Positions 42,244 through 55,906 of a stretch of 64,000 bases of DNA are shown here, in pieces (position 1 is the stretch's first letter; the number at the start of each line of letters is the position of its first letter). Source of the stretch: Octopus vulgaris. Its lineage: Eukaryota. The notes beneath the pieces are model-generated. The model was not told where the DNA came from, did not search any database, and was given only the letters and a program-made list of their open reading frames with translations. Position numbers and translations under genes: made by a program. The stretch is from NCBI GenBank assembly GCA_951406725.2, contig OX597821.1, forward strand, positions 4,774,001 to 4,838,000, given 5' to 3'.

Positions 42244-42620
42244 TGCAGAAGTGGCTATGTGGTAAGAAGCTTGCTTCCCAACTACATGGTTTCTAGGTCC
42301 GTCCCACTGCGTCGAACCTTGGGCTGAACAAAGCCTTATGAGGAAATTTGATAGATGGAAATTGAAAGAAGTCCATTGTATGTGTGTGTATGTGCGTGTG
42401 TTTGTGTGTGTGTGTGTTTGTGTGTTTGTCTGTGAATTTTTATGTCTGTGTTTGTCCCCCAACCATCGCTTGACAACCACTGTTGGTGTTTACTCTCCCG
42501 TAACTTAGCGGTTCGGCAAAAGACACCGATAGAATAAATCTCGGGGCGATTTGTTCCACTAAATGCGCGGCTGCAGCATGAACGCAATGAAATGACAGAA
42601 ACAAGTAAAAGCATAAAAGA
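42030..42620 (+). mobile_element. SINE family B: a 5' half followed by a second near-complete copy
   Basis: Two heads (gtggtaagaa..cccaac) near 42050 and 42258; one tail ending gacagaaacaagtaaaag. Confidence 0.8.
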
Positions 42621-43099
42621 TAGATAGATAGATAGATAGATAATTCTTAGATTATCTATATAGTCCTATAGTGCATTTGCACTGGGTCAATGAAGTACTT
42701 AATCAAACCTGGTGTTGGCAAAATGAATAACAATAAATACTCCAATAGGATTGTTTCAGTGTTAAGGCATTACAGAAATGTTATGCTTTCCAGAACATGT
42801 CATTTCAGGTGTTAATCTCTTACAATTGTTTAATCCTAAGCTAGATTAGAAGGTAATGACGAATATAAATTAGTACTTCACAAAACATAAAGAGATAGAT
42901 GAAGATTTGCAGCCTAGCCTACTCTGTAGAGGAAGGTTACTGCATTATCTATAAGGAAATACTATTGAGCATAACGTATGAAAAGTTTTTATAATTTTAA
43001 GTATACATCTAACAATGAAATCAGAATGATTTCTTCTCTTCAGCTTGCGGATATCTCAACACATCCAAGACAACAAAGTTGATACGATTTATTTGATTT

Positions 43100-43415
43100 G
43101 ATTCCAGGCTTCGTTTGTACTTTCTCGAGCCATGCCTGGCTCATTAGGGCCGGTTTCCTGATTTCCTTGGCGTATGAGTACCCCCACCTGGACGGGACGC
43201 CGGTCCGTCGCAGCTGAGCGGCAAGATGCAATAAGAAAGAGTGAAAAAAAGTTGTAGCGAAAAATCCAGCAGAAGTTCGCCATTTCCTACTGCCGGAGCC
43301 ACGTGGAGCTTAGCTGTTTCACTCATAAACACACACATCGCCCGGTCTAAGATTCGAACCGGTGATCACTTAACCGCAAGTCCGCTGCTCTAACCACTAG
43401 GCCATGTGCCTCCAC
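43100..43415 (-). mobile_element. SINE with family C-like head and an alternative tail
   Basis: Minus strand GGAGGCACATGGCCTAGTGGTTAGAGCAGCGGAC head; tail gcgacggaccggcgtcccgtccagg...ggaaaccggccctaatgagcc. Confidence 0.85.
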
Positions 43416-44116
43416 GATGCCAGGGTAGTGCTTAGTAAAAGTCGCTTTACGTTTGTTATTACATGCCTCTTGTAATTTTCAGAGATCCAGATGTATTTTG
43501 ATATACAGAAGTTTTCTTTTCTGTTGAGAATGCGGGACGAATATTCTTGCGTACCATATGCCGAATTGAATATATTCTCATTTTATTTCTATATATCTTT
43601 ATTGATACAAGAAGAAAGGAAGATTAAGTTACAATACCTTTGCCTAACAACATACATATATATGTGTGTATGTTTATGTATGTGTATGTGTGTGTGTACA
43701 TATAGATACATATATGTATGCACACGCACACATATATGTAAGGGTGTATCGATATGTATGAGTCTTTGTGTTTGCACTTCCACCATTGCTTGATAACTAG
43801 TATTGGTTTGTTTACATCTCCGTAACTTCGGAACAAAGTGATAGCAGAAATAACAGAAAAACAATAATAGTGTAGTAGATTTGTAACATGGCCGCAATGC
43901 AATTGGTGAAAGAGGTAAATAATAGGAAATATCATAGGGTTTTATACTCAAATTAAAAGTAAAGTCTAACAGTATATCAATTATACGTAAATAAACAGGA
44001 TTATAAATAGATCAGATTCTATTAGATTGAGAATAAATATCTTAAAGTATGTCATTATTAAGCGCTTAAAAACCTCAACGAATTACATCGTTTTATATTA
44101 TATGTACAAGTTAATT

Positions 44117-44193
<77 letters not shown>

Positions 44194-44283
44194 AATACTT
44201 TTTCTATTCCTGAGCGTTATACTAATACATCTGTTTGTTTTGTACACCACCTGTCTTAGTCTTTTGTTTTTTTCGTAAACTCT

Positions 44284-44329
<46 letters not shown>

Positions 44330-44331
<2 letters not shown>

Positions 44332-44767
44332 ATAAAAAGGAATTCCAACCTTGTCTGATTTTCACGTTTTATTTACAATCTTTTAATGATATATTATAAG
44401 ATAATATATTATAATTGAATAAAATAAAATGAAATAGTAGAATGTTAAATGTTCATTCTGATTGAACTAGTACTTTCATGCATTGAATTCTGCAATCTTC
44501 GGGTTCATGTAGTAGTGGTGACAGTCATGCTTCACAATTTTTGACTGTCAAAAATTGTGAAGCATGACTGTCACCACTACTACACGAACCTGAAGATTGC
44601 AGAATTCAATGCATGAAAGTACTAGTTCAATCAGAATGAACATTTAACATTCTACTATTTCATTTTATTTTATTCAATTATAATATATTATCTTATAATA
44701 TATCATTATAAGATTGTAAATAAAACGTGAAAATCAGACAAGGTTGGAATTCCTTTTATTAATATAT
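44330..44767. mobile_element. ~440-bp near-perfect palindrome (centre 44546) beside (TA)n; each arm carries a hammerhead-like motif
   Basis: Centre ttgac-t-gtcaa; arms differ at only a few positions. Confidence 0.9.
44586..44628 (+). ncRNA. Minimal type I hammerhead-like motif
   Basis: gaac CTGAAGA t tgca gaattcaa tgca t GAAA gtac TA gttc; palindromic stem III AGTACT. The mirror copy at 44464-44506 (-) has CCGAAGA. Confidence 0.65.
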
Positions 44768-44791
44768 TCTTCTATACACAATCACACACAC

Positions 44792-44821
<30 letters not shown>

Positions 44822-44822
<1 letters not shown>

Positions 44823-45140
44823 CTCTCTCTTTTACTCTTTTACTTGTTTCAGTCATTTGACTGTAGCCATGGTAGATCACCGCCTTTAGTCAATCAAATC
44901 GACCCCAGGGCTTATTCTTTGTAAACCTAGTATTTATTCTATCGGTCTCTTTTGGCGACCCGCTAGCTTACGCGACATCTACCAAATTTCCATCTACCAG
45001 TTTCCATCTACCAAATTCACCCACAAGGCTTCGGTTGGCCCGAGGTTATAGTAGAAGACACCTGAGCAAGGTGCCACGCAGTGGGACTGAGCCCGGAACC
45101 ACATGCTTCGTAAACAGGCTACTTACCACACAGCCGTGTG
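44822..45140 (-). mobile_element. SINE family B
   Basis: cttttacttgtttcagtcatttgactg tail; ctacttaccacacagcc head. Confidence 0.85.
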
Positions 45141-46349
45141 TGTGTGAAGGTGCATAGTTTTCTATAAACAACCTTGCCTTGACTTGTGCCTCGGAGGTGA
45201 ACTGTCCAGGCACAATGCCATGTTCATTCATGACCGAAAGGAACTTTATATTCTACCCTTTTAAATGCTTTCGCGATACACTGTTGTATATATATGTTGA
45301 TTGCTCTTTGTCAGGTAATATTACGTATAAATTTATGAACACAAAGATACAGATACAACGTAAATAGATATACCAAATGCACATAAATCGTCTCAGAGTT
45401 TCATTGGCCAACTTTTAGACTGTTTTTATTTATCGTATTAATATAACTAGTAAATATTAAATAGTTTAAAGAAATTTATAAGATTAGCGTGGGAATCTAA
45501 AGTAACGTAGCATTTTTCTATAATCTTATTTGGATTCTATACTTCTTAATACAAGGATTGGATGCTTATAGAAAAATAAAATATATAGTATATAAAGTAT
45601 ATAAGACCATGATATATTAATTAAATTAGGGAGGAAATAAGATTTAAATATAAAACTTAAAACATAGTCTAGCAAATGCTTTATATTTTACTTAAAATGT
45701 CTTATAAAATGAACGGTGCACAAACACATACATACACATAGAGGGAGGGAGAGAGAGAGAGTGAATATGAGAGTAAGAAAAAAAAAAAGAATGGAAGACG
45801 CCGACGATCCTCCGCCATATTATGCCATTCAGTGAAGTCTAACAAGATTTTGAAGTTCCAAATTGTACGCTACAAGTAAGTTTATTTCAAGTAAGTTTAT
45901 TACTTTTTCTCGTTCAATCGTTTACGTCTTTCATGTTAAATTACGAGGTATATGTCACACAGCAGCAATAAAATAGTTTGTAATTTATTAATTCAAAATA
46001 TATTTACTTATACAAAGATATATAGCGTTAAATATCATCGTTAGCTTGTTGAAGGAAACCTTATATTTCCAACTCAAAATCTGTCGGTTAATTGAATTAT
46101 TTTCCAGACATCGGTAAGAGCAGCGTTCGTTCACTAAGTTTAAAATACGTATAAAACATTTGTCCCTCAGCAAATCAAAGAAAATATTCTTTTATTTTCG
46201 GCGGTAAACTTTTCATAGATTTAGTAGTAAATTATTATATATAAATACATTCAACATTTTATTAATGACATATTGTAACTAATGCTAACTGATATATAAA
46301 TATATGTGTGTATAGCTTTGAATTAGTGCTAAGTAAGCTTACTATTGTA

Positions 46350-46600
46350 TTGCGGTGTCGAATCTCAGACCGGAAGATGTGTGTGTTTATGAGCGAAACA
46401 CTTAAGCTCCACGCAGCTCCGGCAGAAGTTAATGGCGAACATTTGCTGACTCTTTCGCCACAACTTTCCCTCACCCTTTCCTCCTGCATCTTACAGCGCA
46501 CATGCGACGGACCGGCGTTCCGTCTACGTGGGGAACCTATACGCAAAGGAAACTGAGAAACCGTCCCTTATGAGCCAGGCATGGCTCGAGAAGGAAAAAA
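46350..46600 (+). mobile_element. SINE, same subtype as 43100-43415
   Basis: gcgacggaccggcgttccgtc...atgagccaggcatggctcgagaag. Confidence 0.85.
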
Positions 46601-46614
46601 ACAGCTTACTATTA

Positions 46615-46775
46615 CTTAAGATAGCGAATCGGTAGCGGATTGGGTAACAGGATTAGCCGCATTTCGCCCTTCTTAATGTTCTGAGTTTAAATTTGCCGAG
46701 GACAACTTAGCATTTTACCCTTTCGGGGTGAATGAAATACGCACCAGTTGAGCACTGGGGTCGCAGCTATACCCC
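46615..46775 (+). mobile_element. SINE family A, decayed
   Basis: gttctgagtttaaatttgccgagg..ccctttcgggg core. Confidence 0.7.
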
Positions 46776-47669
46776 ATCAAGCAAACATCCGCTCTTATGA
46801 CTGTAAAAAATGATCCAGCGAGAGATAAGGTAGATATTTGTGTAAAATGTCAGTGGTGGCACTTGATCCAGTGCTGCGACCATATTTTCTTTCGTTTTTT
46901 TTTGTGTTTGTTATTATTCCGATTTTTATTTTTTTCCTTTTTGTCTTTCTCTTTGAAATTTCTGATGCCGTCTGTTAGTCGTAAATCCTGTCAGAATTAT
47001 CACAGTTTTGTTACGGCGCAGAATTTAAAATTTCAAATGCACAGAATCATTACATATAATATCATGCACCACGGATAAAAATACGAGACAATTATACCAA
47101 ACTGCTTTTTACTCATATATTTTGAATCACCATTAACGGATGTAAAGCAACGTTAATATCAACGAGGTTGGAACTGAAAATCAGATTCGGAAATCAGAAA
47201 CTCCTTAATAGGAGTTTACAGTTTAGTTATACAATTAAAGCACATGCGTCCAAACTGCTTATAGATCTAAAATTTCGTTAGGTCTTCACATAGGTTAGTC
47301 ACTTCATAAAGCCACAATTCCAGGGCAAGAGGTCATGGAAAATAAAGCCTCCCATTTACAATCAGCGACGAAAGTTAGGAATTCTCTTCATCTAATCCAT
47401 ACATGTGCTTTGGAATTTAGATATAATGCCATTGTTTGTAACCGATTTTCCCCTGCTACACTATGCTATAGAATATGCCAACCCACTGTGTACCTATAAA
47501 CAGGTTCCATACAACGGAATTTAGCGATAACGACTAATATTTATTTCAAACCCGAAGGCTTGTAAACTAAACGTACGGCTTATCAGCACAGTGAATGCGT
47601 CATCTGAACTTCGTCGTAGTTTATAACTATATATGTATGTATGCATGTATGTATGAATGTATCGATATG

Positions 47670-47719
<50 letters not shown>

Positions 47720-47843
47720 AATATATATACATATATATATATATGATTGTGTGCATGCAAGTATGTATAGAGATGTATGCATATATTTGTATATATGTAT
47801 GCATGTATGTATATATATATATATATATATTTATCTATCTATC

Positions 47844-47899
<56 letters not shown>

Positions 47900-47922
47900 T
47901 ATACACATACACAGCTATCTAT

Positions 47923-47982
<60 letters not shown>

Positions 47983-47997
47983 TATACCGCTATCTAT

Positions 47998-48032
<35 letters not shown>

Positions 48033-48122
48033 AATATACATACATATATATACTCAGCTATCTATCCATATATATATATATATACAAATATATATACATA
48101 TATATATTCAGCTATCTATCCA

Positions 48123-48289
48123 TGTGGTACATTGTTCATATAAGTGTATATGTGCAGAGACATGTATGTAAATATATGTATATATCCATATGTATGTATA
48201 TTCATATGTATCCGTGTCTGTGTGTGAATGTGCGATTGTATGTGTATGCATATATATATATATATATATATATATTGGTGTTTGTGTGC

Positions 48290-48332
<43 letters not shown>

Positions 48333-48452
48333 CATACAATCGCACATTCACACACAGACACGGATACATATGAATATACATACATATGGATATATACATA
48401 TATTTACATACATGTCTCTGCACATATACACTTATATGAACAATGTACCACA
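48123..48452. repeat. Fold-back inverted duplication (~128-bp arms) around (TA)n
   Basis: tgtggtacattgttcatataagtg... mirrors ...cacttatatgaacaatgtaccaca. Confidence 0.9.
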
Positions 48453-48954
48453 CATACACTCATACATTCACACGTACACATGACTACACACGTACGAGTG
48501 CGAGGCTGTTGCAGTGTGTGCGAATGTTTTAACTTAGTAGTAAAGTATTCTGAGATAACGGCTTACGTTTCATTTCAACCCAGAGGGATCAATAAAGTAA
48601 AACACTTGTTAAAATTCAATCAACTATTACAAGAACTAACGCATCTGCCATCAGAAAAGGCCACCCCAAGCAGACACAACCCCCACCACCAACCAAAACA
48701 AAGTTACAACAATAACAGCCAATCCCAGTATTATCATGCGGCAATCACCGGCAACAATGGTACCAATGTCACTGAAGCAGCTTCGTCTACCACAATACGT
48801 ATCACCACCACTGCATCCATCTCACAAACCTGTACTCGTTAGAGTCAGTCATTATTTGTTTGTAATTATACATTATATTGCTCTTGCTTTGTGCAACAGT
48901 GGTTCCTGTGATGTCGCAGACAGATGTTTCTAGTGTTGTCATTATCATTATTAT

Positions 48955-49160
48955 CAAGACGGCGAGCTGCCATAATCGTTATCACACTGGGCACCCGTTC
49001 TGTGTTCAAATTCCGCCGAGGTCCACTTTACTTTTCATCCATTCGGGGTCGATTAAGGACAAGTGAAACACTGGGATCTGTGTAATCGAATAGTTCCCTC
49101 CCCAGTATAAAGGATTATTATTATTATTAAGGCGGCGATCTGGCAGAATCGTTAGCACGC
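48955..49160 (+). mobile_element. SINE family A copy plus a second head
   Basis: gttcaaattccgccgaggtccac core; aaggcggcgatctggcagaatcgttagcacgc head. Confidence 0.8.
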
Positions 49161-49164
49161 TTCT

Positions 49165-49370
49165 TTAGTCACCGGAGTCTTTAGTCATCTGCCAGGTCAC
49201 AACAAGGACCTCAGATGGATAACACATTACTTAAGATGTGCTCTATGCCCAATATATCTGCTTTGTGCAAGATATCAATACTGCATGGGATTTCCAGTTG
49301 CTCTAAGATGTCTTGCAGTTTCAATGGGATTGAGCACAATGCTCTGATCACCACTGTTATCAATTCATAA
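49165..49370 (-). mobile_element. R4/Dong-like element 3' end
   Basis: Minus strand translates to VVIRALCSIPLKLQDILEQLEIPCSIDILHKADILGIEHILSNVLSI*, resembling the VIGALG...LQKAALLGTAHILR C-terminus. Confidence 0.75.
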
Positions 49371-49467
49371 TTACCTTCTCATATTCCATACAGTCTTGCC
49401 ATTTCGAGTTTCAATTCGACTGCCCCCCTCACACAAAATTTTTGGCCTTGAACTTAGAGTAGAAAAG

Positions 49468-49495
49468 ATTATTATTATTATTATTGTTGTTGTTG

Positions 49496-49577
<82 letters not shown>

Positions 49578-49596
49578 CATTATTATTATTATTATT
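49468..49596. repeat. (TTA)n/(TTG)n microsatellite, followed by a SINE family A head (49597-49710)
   Basis: Read directly from the sequence. Confidence 0.95.
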
Positions 49597-50214
49597 AAAG
49601 CGACGAGCTGGCAGAATCGTTAGCACGCCAAGCAATATGCTTAGCAGCATTTCATCTGTCTTTAGGTCATGAGTTCAAATTCCCCCGCGTTCGACTTTGC
49701 CTTTCACCTTTTTATGTTTCACTGGATTCTTCACTTTTATCAGTGATGTCTACATAAATTTCCGAATTTTAATTGTATCAGAATTCAATACCACTTACAA
49801 TCTTCTGTTAATGAAGGGAAATGTTATTTCTTAATTTCCTAATTTTCTTTTAAATTCCCTACACTTATGAGTCACAACAAGGGAATCTCAACATGGAGAC
49901 TGCTAGAAAACACAGTTAAATCGCTGTCGTATCACATATCGCTATAAACAGAATTTTAACGTGGAAGAACATAATGCAGTTAGAGATCCAATGAGCATTA
50001 AGAAGATTGGATGGCCATGTTCGGAAGAACACTGATTATAGATGTGCTCTATTACGAATTACATGGGGTTAAATAACACCTTCTTCGCTACCAGCAACAG
50101 CAACATTTTTATGAACCCCAAACGCTACTGCTGTTTAACCTGAGGCAGCAAGGCTTGGAGTAAACAAATGATGGAATGTGTTCAAGCAGTGACTATATAT
50201 CCAATCACACCAGG

Positions 50215-50700
50215 CTTTCTCTTTTGCTTGTTTCAGCCATTAGACGCCCTCTTGCGGGATTCGAGTCGAACAAAGCGACAAAAGAATTTATGTATTTTTT
50301 TCTAAGTCTCTTCTGCCGAACCGCTAGACCACGTAGACATAAACAAACCAAAGCCGGTTAAGCGGTAGATATGGAGGGACAAGCACAAACACAAAGACGC
50401 ACACACACACACCCACACACACATGCATACTCTCTCTTACATGCACACACACACACACTCGCTCACTCACTCACTCACTCTCTCTCTTTCTCTTCTCCTC
50501 ACACAAAAACACGTATAATAATGGATGAACTTCCAGATACATTCCGACAATCAAATTCACTTACAAGGCATTGATTTTCTGGTGGGGGGAGGGGTGATAT
50601 AGTAGAAGAAATTTACCCAAGATACCGTCCAGTAGGACTGAACCCAAAACCTCTTGGTTGCAGTTGCAAAGCGAGATTTTTAACCGCACAAGCTTGCCTG
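50215..50700 (-). mobile_element. SINE family B, old copy
   Basis: cttgtttcagccatt tail; tgccgaaccgcta; atagtagaagaaatttacccaag..ggactgaaccc head. Confidence 0.65.
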
Positions 50701-51599
50701 AAACTAGAAATATTTAATATTTCAATCGCTTCCTTCTTTAAAATCTAATAATCTGGTTTCACTTACATTTCTACAATGATTTAAAAGTTGAAACTGCATT
50801 TTACGAACGGTCACTTCCTTTTGTGTACTTCGCCCCTTGGACCTTAACCTTGCTCACTGCTAGCAAAACCTAGATGGATGTCCGCATGTGCGAGCTCCGT
50901 CGGTCAGAATGGATGTTTCAGCGAATTTCTCTCGTCGTCCTTCGTAACAGTACATTTGTCATTTCGTCTAATGGAGCCATGGGAACGCTTCTATATTGTG
51001 GGAAATAGGATTTTTCAAAATGAATTAAAATAAAGGCAGTGTATTTCAGTTTTACGAATTCAATAGAAAGATAAAAATACATATAACAAAGAATTACAAC
51101 TAGGCCGGTTTTCCTAAATTAATTGAGGATCATTTCTTGAGTTTATGGAAACGTACCATGAAGTTAAAGACATTTGAGATCGATAGATATATTGGTAAAT
51201 GAAATGGCAAAAAAAAAAACTATGTCGTTTGGCACATATTGCTATTATTGGAGTTCATTAGTGTTTCAGATATTGTGATATATTTTTAAAAATTATTGGA
51301 CAGAATATTTATCTACACACGTGAAAATTTTGCTTGACAATTAATGATAGTCCCAAAGAAACTAATTAAAATATAATTATAGATTTTTCGATTTGTTTTA
51401 TAAGTTTTGATTAAGCTATTTATACTCCTGTGGAATTTTATAACAAACAGGCAAACTTGGTTTGGTCGCATTTTTTTTAAGCGATGAAAAACACGAAGAG
51501 GAATATGAAAAGAAAGAGAAGGATGGACATTTCATTGAAAATGGTAACACAATTATGAAAAATAATGTGTTTATATAGCCTCATTATTTTTAAAAATTG

Positions 51600-51646
<47 letters not shown>

Positions 51647-51769
51647 GTATGTATATATGTATGTATGTGCTTATTCATGCATGTATCCATTTATCTACCT
51701 ACCTATCTATCTACACGTACACACTAAAAAAAGTTATACACACACATATAATTATATATATATATATAT

Positions 51770-51939
51770 GGGTGCACGAATGGCTGTGTGGTAAGTAGCT
51801 TGTTTACCAGCCACATGGTTCTGGGTTCAGTCCCACTGTGTGGCAACTTGGGCAAGTGTCTTCTACTATAGCCTCGGGCCGACCAAAGCCTTGTGAGAAG
51901 ATTTGGTAGATGGAAACTGAAAGAATCCCGTCGTATATA

Positions 51940-51987
<48 letters not shown>

Positions 51988-52200
51988 TATATATGTTTGT
52001 GTGTCTGTGTTTGTCCAACATCGCTTTGACAACCTATACTGGTGTGTTTACGCCCCCGTAACTTAGAGGTTCGGCCTAAGAGACTGATAGAATAAGTATT
52101 AGGCTTACAAAGAATAAGTCCTGGGGCGAATTTCTTCGACTGAAAGTGGTGCTCCAGCATGGCCACATTCAAATGACTGAAGCAAGAAAAAGAATAAAAG
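51770..52200 (+). mobile_element. SINE family B, near full length
   Basis: tggctgtgtggtaagtagc (A box), gggttcagtccc (B box), tail gctccagcatggccacattcaaatgactgaag. Confidence 0.9.
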
Positions 52201-52573
52201 AAAAAAATATATATATATACAAACGCACATAGGCACACACACATAGATATATACGTTCAGTTTAGTTTAGTTTGAGCAAAGGCCTCTTAACGACTCCCTT
52301 TAAATCCTATGTTTTTTGGCGACTATTACTTGTTATGTCCTTTACCCAGGTTTAGTACATGATATAGGTATACTAGTGGAACTCCTCTCAGCTCTGTATA
52401 TATACTCGTTTGAGCATTGCATAATGGTCAAGGAATGACTCACACTGGAAATAGAGGTCAGGAAATGTACAAAGAAGAAAAAAATGTTACCTAATGATGG
52501 TGTGCGGTGCAGAAACATACGTTGCGATGCATTAATAAAACCCGTGTATTTCCAGACCAGACCTATTCAATTC

Positions 52574-52620
<47 letters not shown>

Positions 52621-52954
52621 TGCATAAACGCTCACAAACATATATGTATTAAATGTCTGTATATAAAAGCGTTATATATATGTGGAAGCGTGGTTGTGTG
52701 GCATGAAGCCTGCTTCCCAACCACGTGGTCCCGAATTCAGTACCGCAGCAGGGCATCTTGGGCAATTCTTGTTAATTCTAATGTATTATAAAAACACTTG
52801 TGTATAATTCAATAGGAATCTTTAATTTAATTTTTCTAATTTGAAATAAATGGACATGGAAACTATTGTAAGTACTATGCGTCTGATATTGTGCGAAATT
52901 GGATTATTTCAATAAACTGATGTCTATATGTCAAGTTCTCCATTTTCTTCCCTT

Positions 52955-53001
<47 letters not shown>

Positions 53002-53094
53002 TCGCTTCAACCGTGTTTCTGACGTGAATTTGCTACCCAGGTTTCGGTTAAACGAATTTTCCATGCTGACGATAAACATAGGATAATTCATTCA

Positions 53095-53158
<64 letters not shown>

Positions 53159-53295
53159 AGATGGACTTCTTTCATTTTCATCGTACGTACCAAATCCACT
53201 CACAAGGCTTTGGTCGGCCCTAGGTTATATTAGAAGCACTTGCCCAAGATGCCATGCTGCGGTACTGAACTCGGGACCATGCAGTGTCTATCGAT

Positions 53296-53645
53296 ATATA
53301 TCTACATATGTACATATGAATATATTGTTGATCACATGGAAACAAAAACGTATAGAGGAATATGCCTTCCAGTCAGTGTTAGACTTGACTAGTTTGCAAG
53401 TGATGTGGGTTCGAATGTCGTGAGCGGCCTTCGAATTATTCTATTCAAATACTTATTTCTTTTTGATTATTAAATGATAGCTTGTGAAAGTATTTGAACA
53501 AAATAATTCGAAGGCCGATCATGGCATTCGAACCCACATCACCTGCAAACTTGTCAAGTCTAACACTGACTGGAAGGCATATTCCTCTATATATTTTTTT
53601 CTCCATGTGATCAACAATATATTCATATGTACATATGTAGATATA
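53296..53645. repeat. Diverged inverted repeat (~157-bp arms, ~35-bp spacer) containing a B-box-like GGTTCGAAT
   Basis: atatctacatatgtacatatg...ttcaaatactt mirrors aagtatttgaa...catatgtacatatgtagatat. Confidence 0.9.
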
Positions 53646-53732
53646 TGCATATCTAACTATCGAAGTAAAAGTCGGACGAAATGCTGGTAAGTATTCTAGC
53701 CGTTGTGCTAATGATTCTGGCAACTCACCACC

Positions 53733-53733
<1 letters not shown>

Positions 53734-53796
<63 letters not shown>

Positions 53797-53827
53797 TGAT
53801 AATAACAATAAAAATAACAACAATAAA

Positions 53828-53903
<76 letters not shown>

Positions 53904-53922
53904 GTAAGAAGAAGAAGAAGAA
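53734..53922. repeat. (TAA)n then (GAA)n microsatellite
   Basis: Read directly from the sequence. Confidence 0.95.
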
Positions 53923-53964
53923 GAGTACTCTGAGAAGTAAAACAATAATAATAGCGAAAATAAT

Positions 53965-55110
53965 GGTTTAAATTTTGCTACAAGCGCAGCCAATTTGGAG
54001 TAGAACATGAATAAATTATTTCGACCCCGGTTTTTCAAAGGTACCTAGTCTATCGACCTCGAAAGGAAGGTCGACTTCGGCGGGATTTAAACTAGGAACG
54101 TAGTGACAGATGAAATACCGTTACTTGGTCCGGCGAGCTAAGGATTATGCCAACTTGGCATCTTATCTTAGATACTGGCTTCAAATTATGGCACGAGGCC
54201 AGCAGTTTCGGTGGAGGGGATAAGTCGATTACATTGACCCCAGTACCCAACTGCTACTTATTGTATCGACCGCCAAAGGATGAAAGGCAAGGTCATCCTT
54301 TTCTTCTGGTTCTGAGCTAAAAAAATCGTAAGCAAGTCGTGCAAATTTCAAAACCAAAATTTGAGCTTAGATCTTGGAGACAGATGATCTACCGCTAAGC
54401 ATTTTGCCCTGCTAACGATTCTGCACCTTCGTCTTGCCTTAGCTATTAATATTACATATGAACATTAATAGTTACAACTCAACAAGTTTAATTCATGATA
54501 TTTCTTGCAGTTAGTCTTATGGTTATTTTAAGTGTTCTAGTTGCGCCCGTCGCTGCTGTTGATACTATTTTTACTGTTACACTTATTCTCTTTTACTTAC
54601 TATATCTTTCGCAGCGTCTCATCATTTTCGAGATGGCAAACTTGCTTAATGCAATGGGAAATGCTTAGTAATACTTCTCCGTCTCTCAGTCGGCGGACTG
54701 GCAGAATCGATAGCGCAGCGGACAATTTGCTTAGCGGCCTTTCGTTCGCCTTTACGCTCTGAGTTGATTTTGCCTTTTGGGGTCGATAAAACAAATCAAT
54801 TGAACACTGGATTTGTGCAGTCGGCTCACCTGCTTCCCTCAAATTCTTGGCTTTGAATGAAAAGTCGAAACCAAAGTTTCTTCCGGTTCTTAGGCGATCA
54901 ACTGAAAAATTCATAAGCAAGTCGGGCAAATTCCTTCTTTACCATTTCTTCCGTCTTTACCTTATGAGTTCAAATTCCACCGAGGTTGACTCTGCCTTTC
55001 ATTCTTTCAGGTCGATAAAATATGCACCAGCTGATAAGGGGGTCAATATAATCGTCTTATTGCCCTCTCCCAAATTTACTATCATTGTGTCGAAATTTGA
55101 AAACGATATT
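53965..55110. mobile_element. Cluster of decayed SINE family A copies (minus strand 53965-54440, plus strand 54640-55110)
   Basis: Several gtcgacttcggcggg, gatgaaaggcaa and gagttcaaattccaccgagg cores. Confidence 0.7.
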
Positions 55111-55351
55111 TCCACCGGCAATTTTCCTTCTGGGATCCAATAACACCGATGTCAAATCTGTCATTGCTCACCAGTGTTCGCTAAGACATTGTAGACAACG
55201 CAGAGAAATGCTTAGCAGCTCTTCGCCTCCTTTACAATTTCTGGGTTTGTATTAGAATTTGAAGCAGTAGTGCACATGAACGCTTGTACAATTTTACAAG
55301 TATATATGTGTGTGAGTATTTGTTCATGCATATAGAAGAACATATCTAGAA

Positions 55352-55392
<41 letters not shown>

Positions 55393-55513
55393 CTTGTATA
55401 TATGTATGTAAATATATGTAATAATATCAAAGGGTTTTTAGAGATACTTGAAATGTCCATTACCAGTGGCATATCGTGTACAATTTTAGTCAAAAGACAA
55501 TAGATTATTCATA

Positions 55514-55766
55514 CAAATACAGTGTACATTTAAACACACAAGAAGCATTCATCATAGGTCACCTTGCACGCTAGAGAGGACAGTTAAATTCCAAAACTCT
55601 ATTAGTGATAAAATTTCGAAGGGAGTTAGATGGTAAATGTTTTTTTCTTTTTCATTCCCTTCTAAATTTTATCCCTAATAGAGTTTTGGAATTTAACTGT
55701 CCTCTCTAGCGTGCAAAGAATCCTATGATGGATGCCTCTTGTGTGTTTAACTGTACACTATATTTG
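55514..55766. repeat. MITE-like inverted repeat (~110-bp arms)
   Basis: ttgcacgctagagaggacagttaaattccaaaactctattag mirrors ctaatagagttttggaatttaactgtcctctctagcgtgcaa. Confidence 0.85.
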
Positions 55767-55858
55767 CGTAAATATATGTATGTAGATAAGTACACGTGTA
55801 TTTACATATACATGTAAATTTTACCATTGTATATTTTACATATATAACTGTAAATTTT

Positions 55859-55906
<48 letters not shown>

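Noticed and set aside
48480-48842. Non-repetitive-looking end of the 204-aa ORF (Q/N/T-rich)
   Set aside because: Looks like decayed CAA/CAC triplet repeat; no recognisable domain or splice support.
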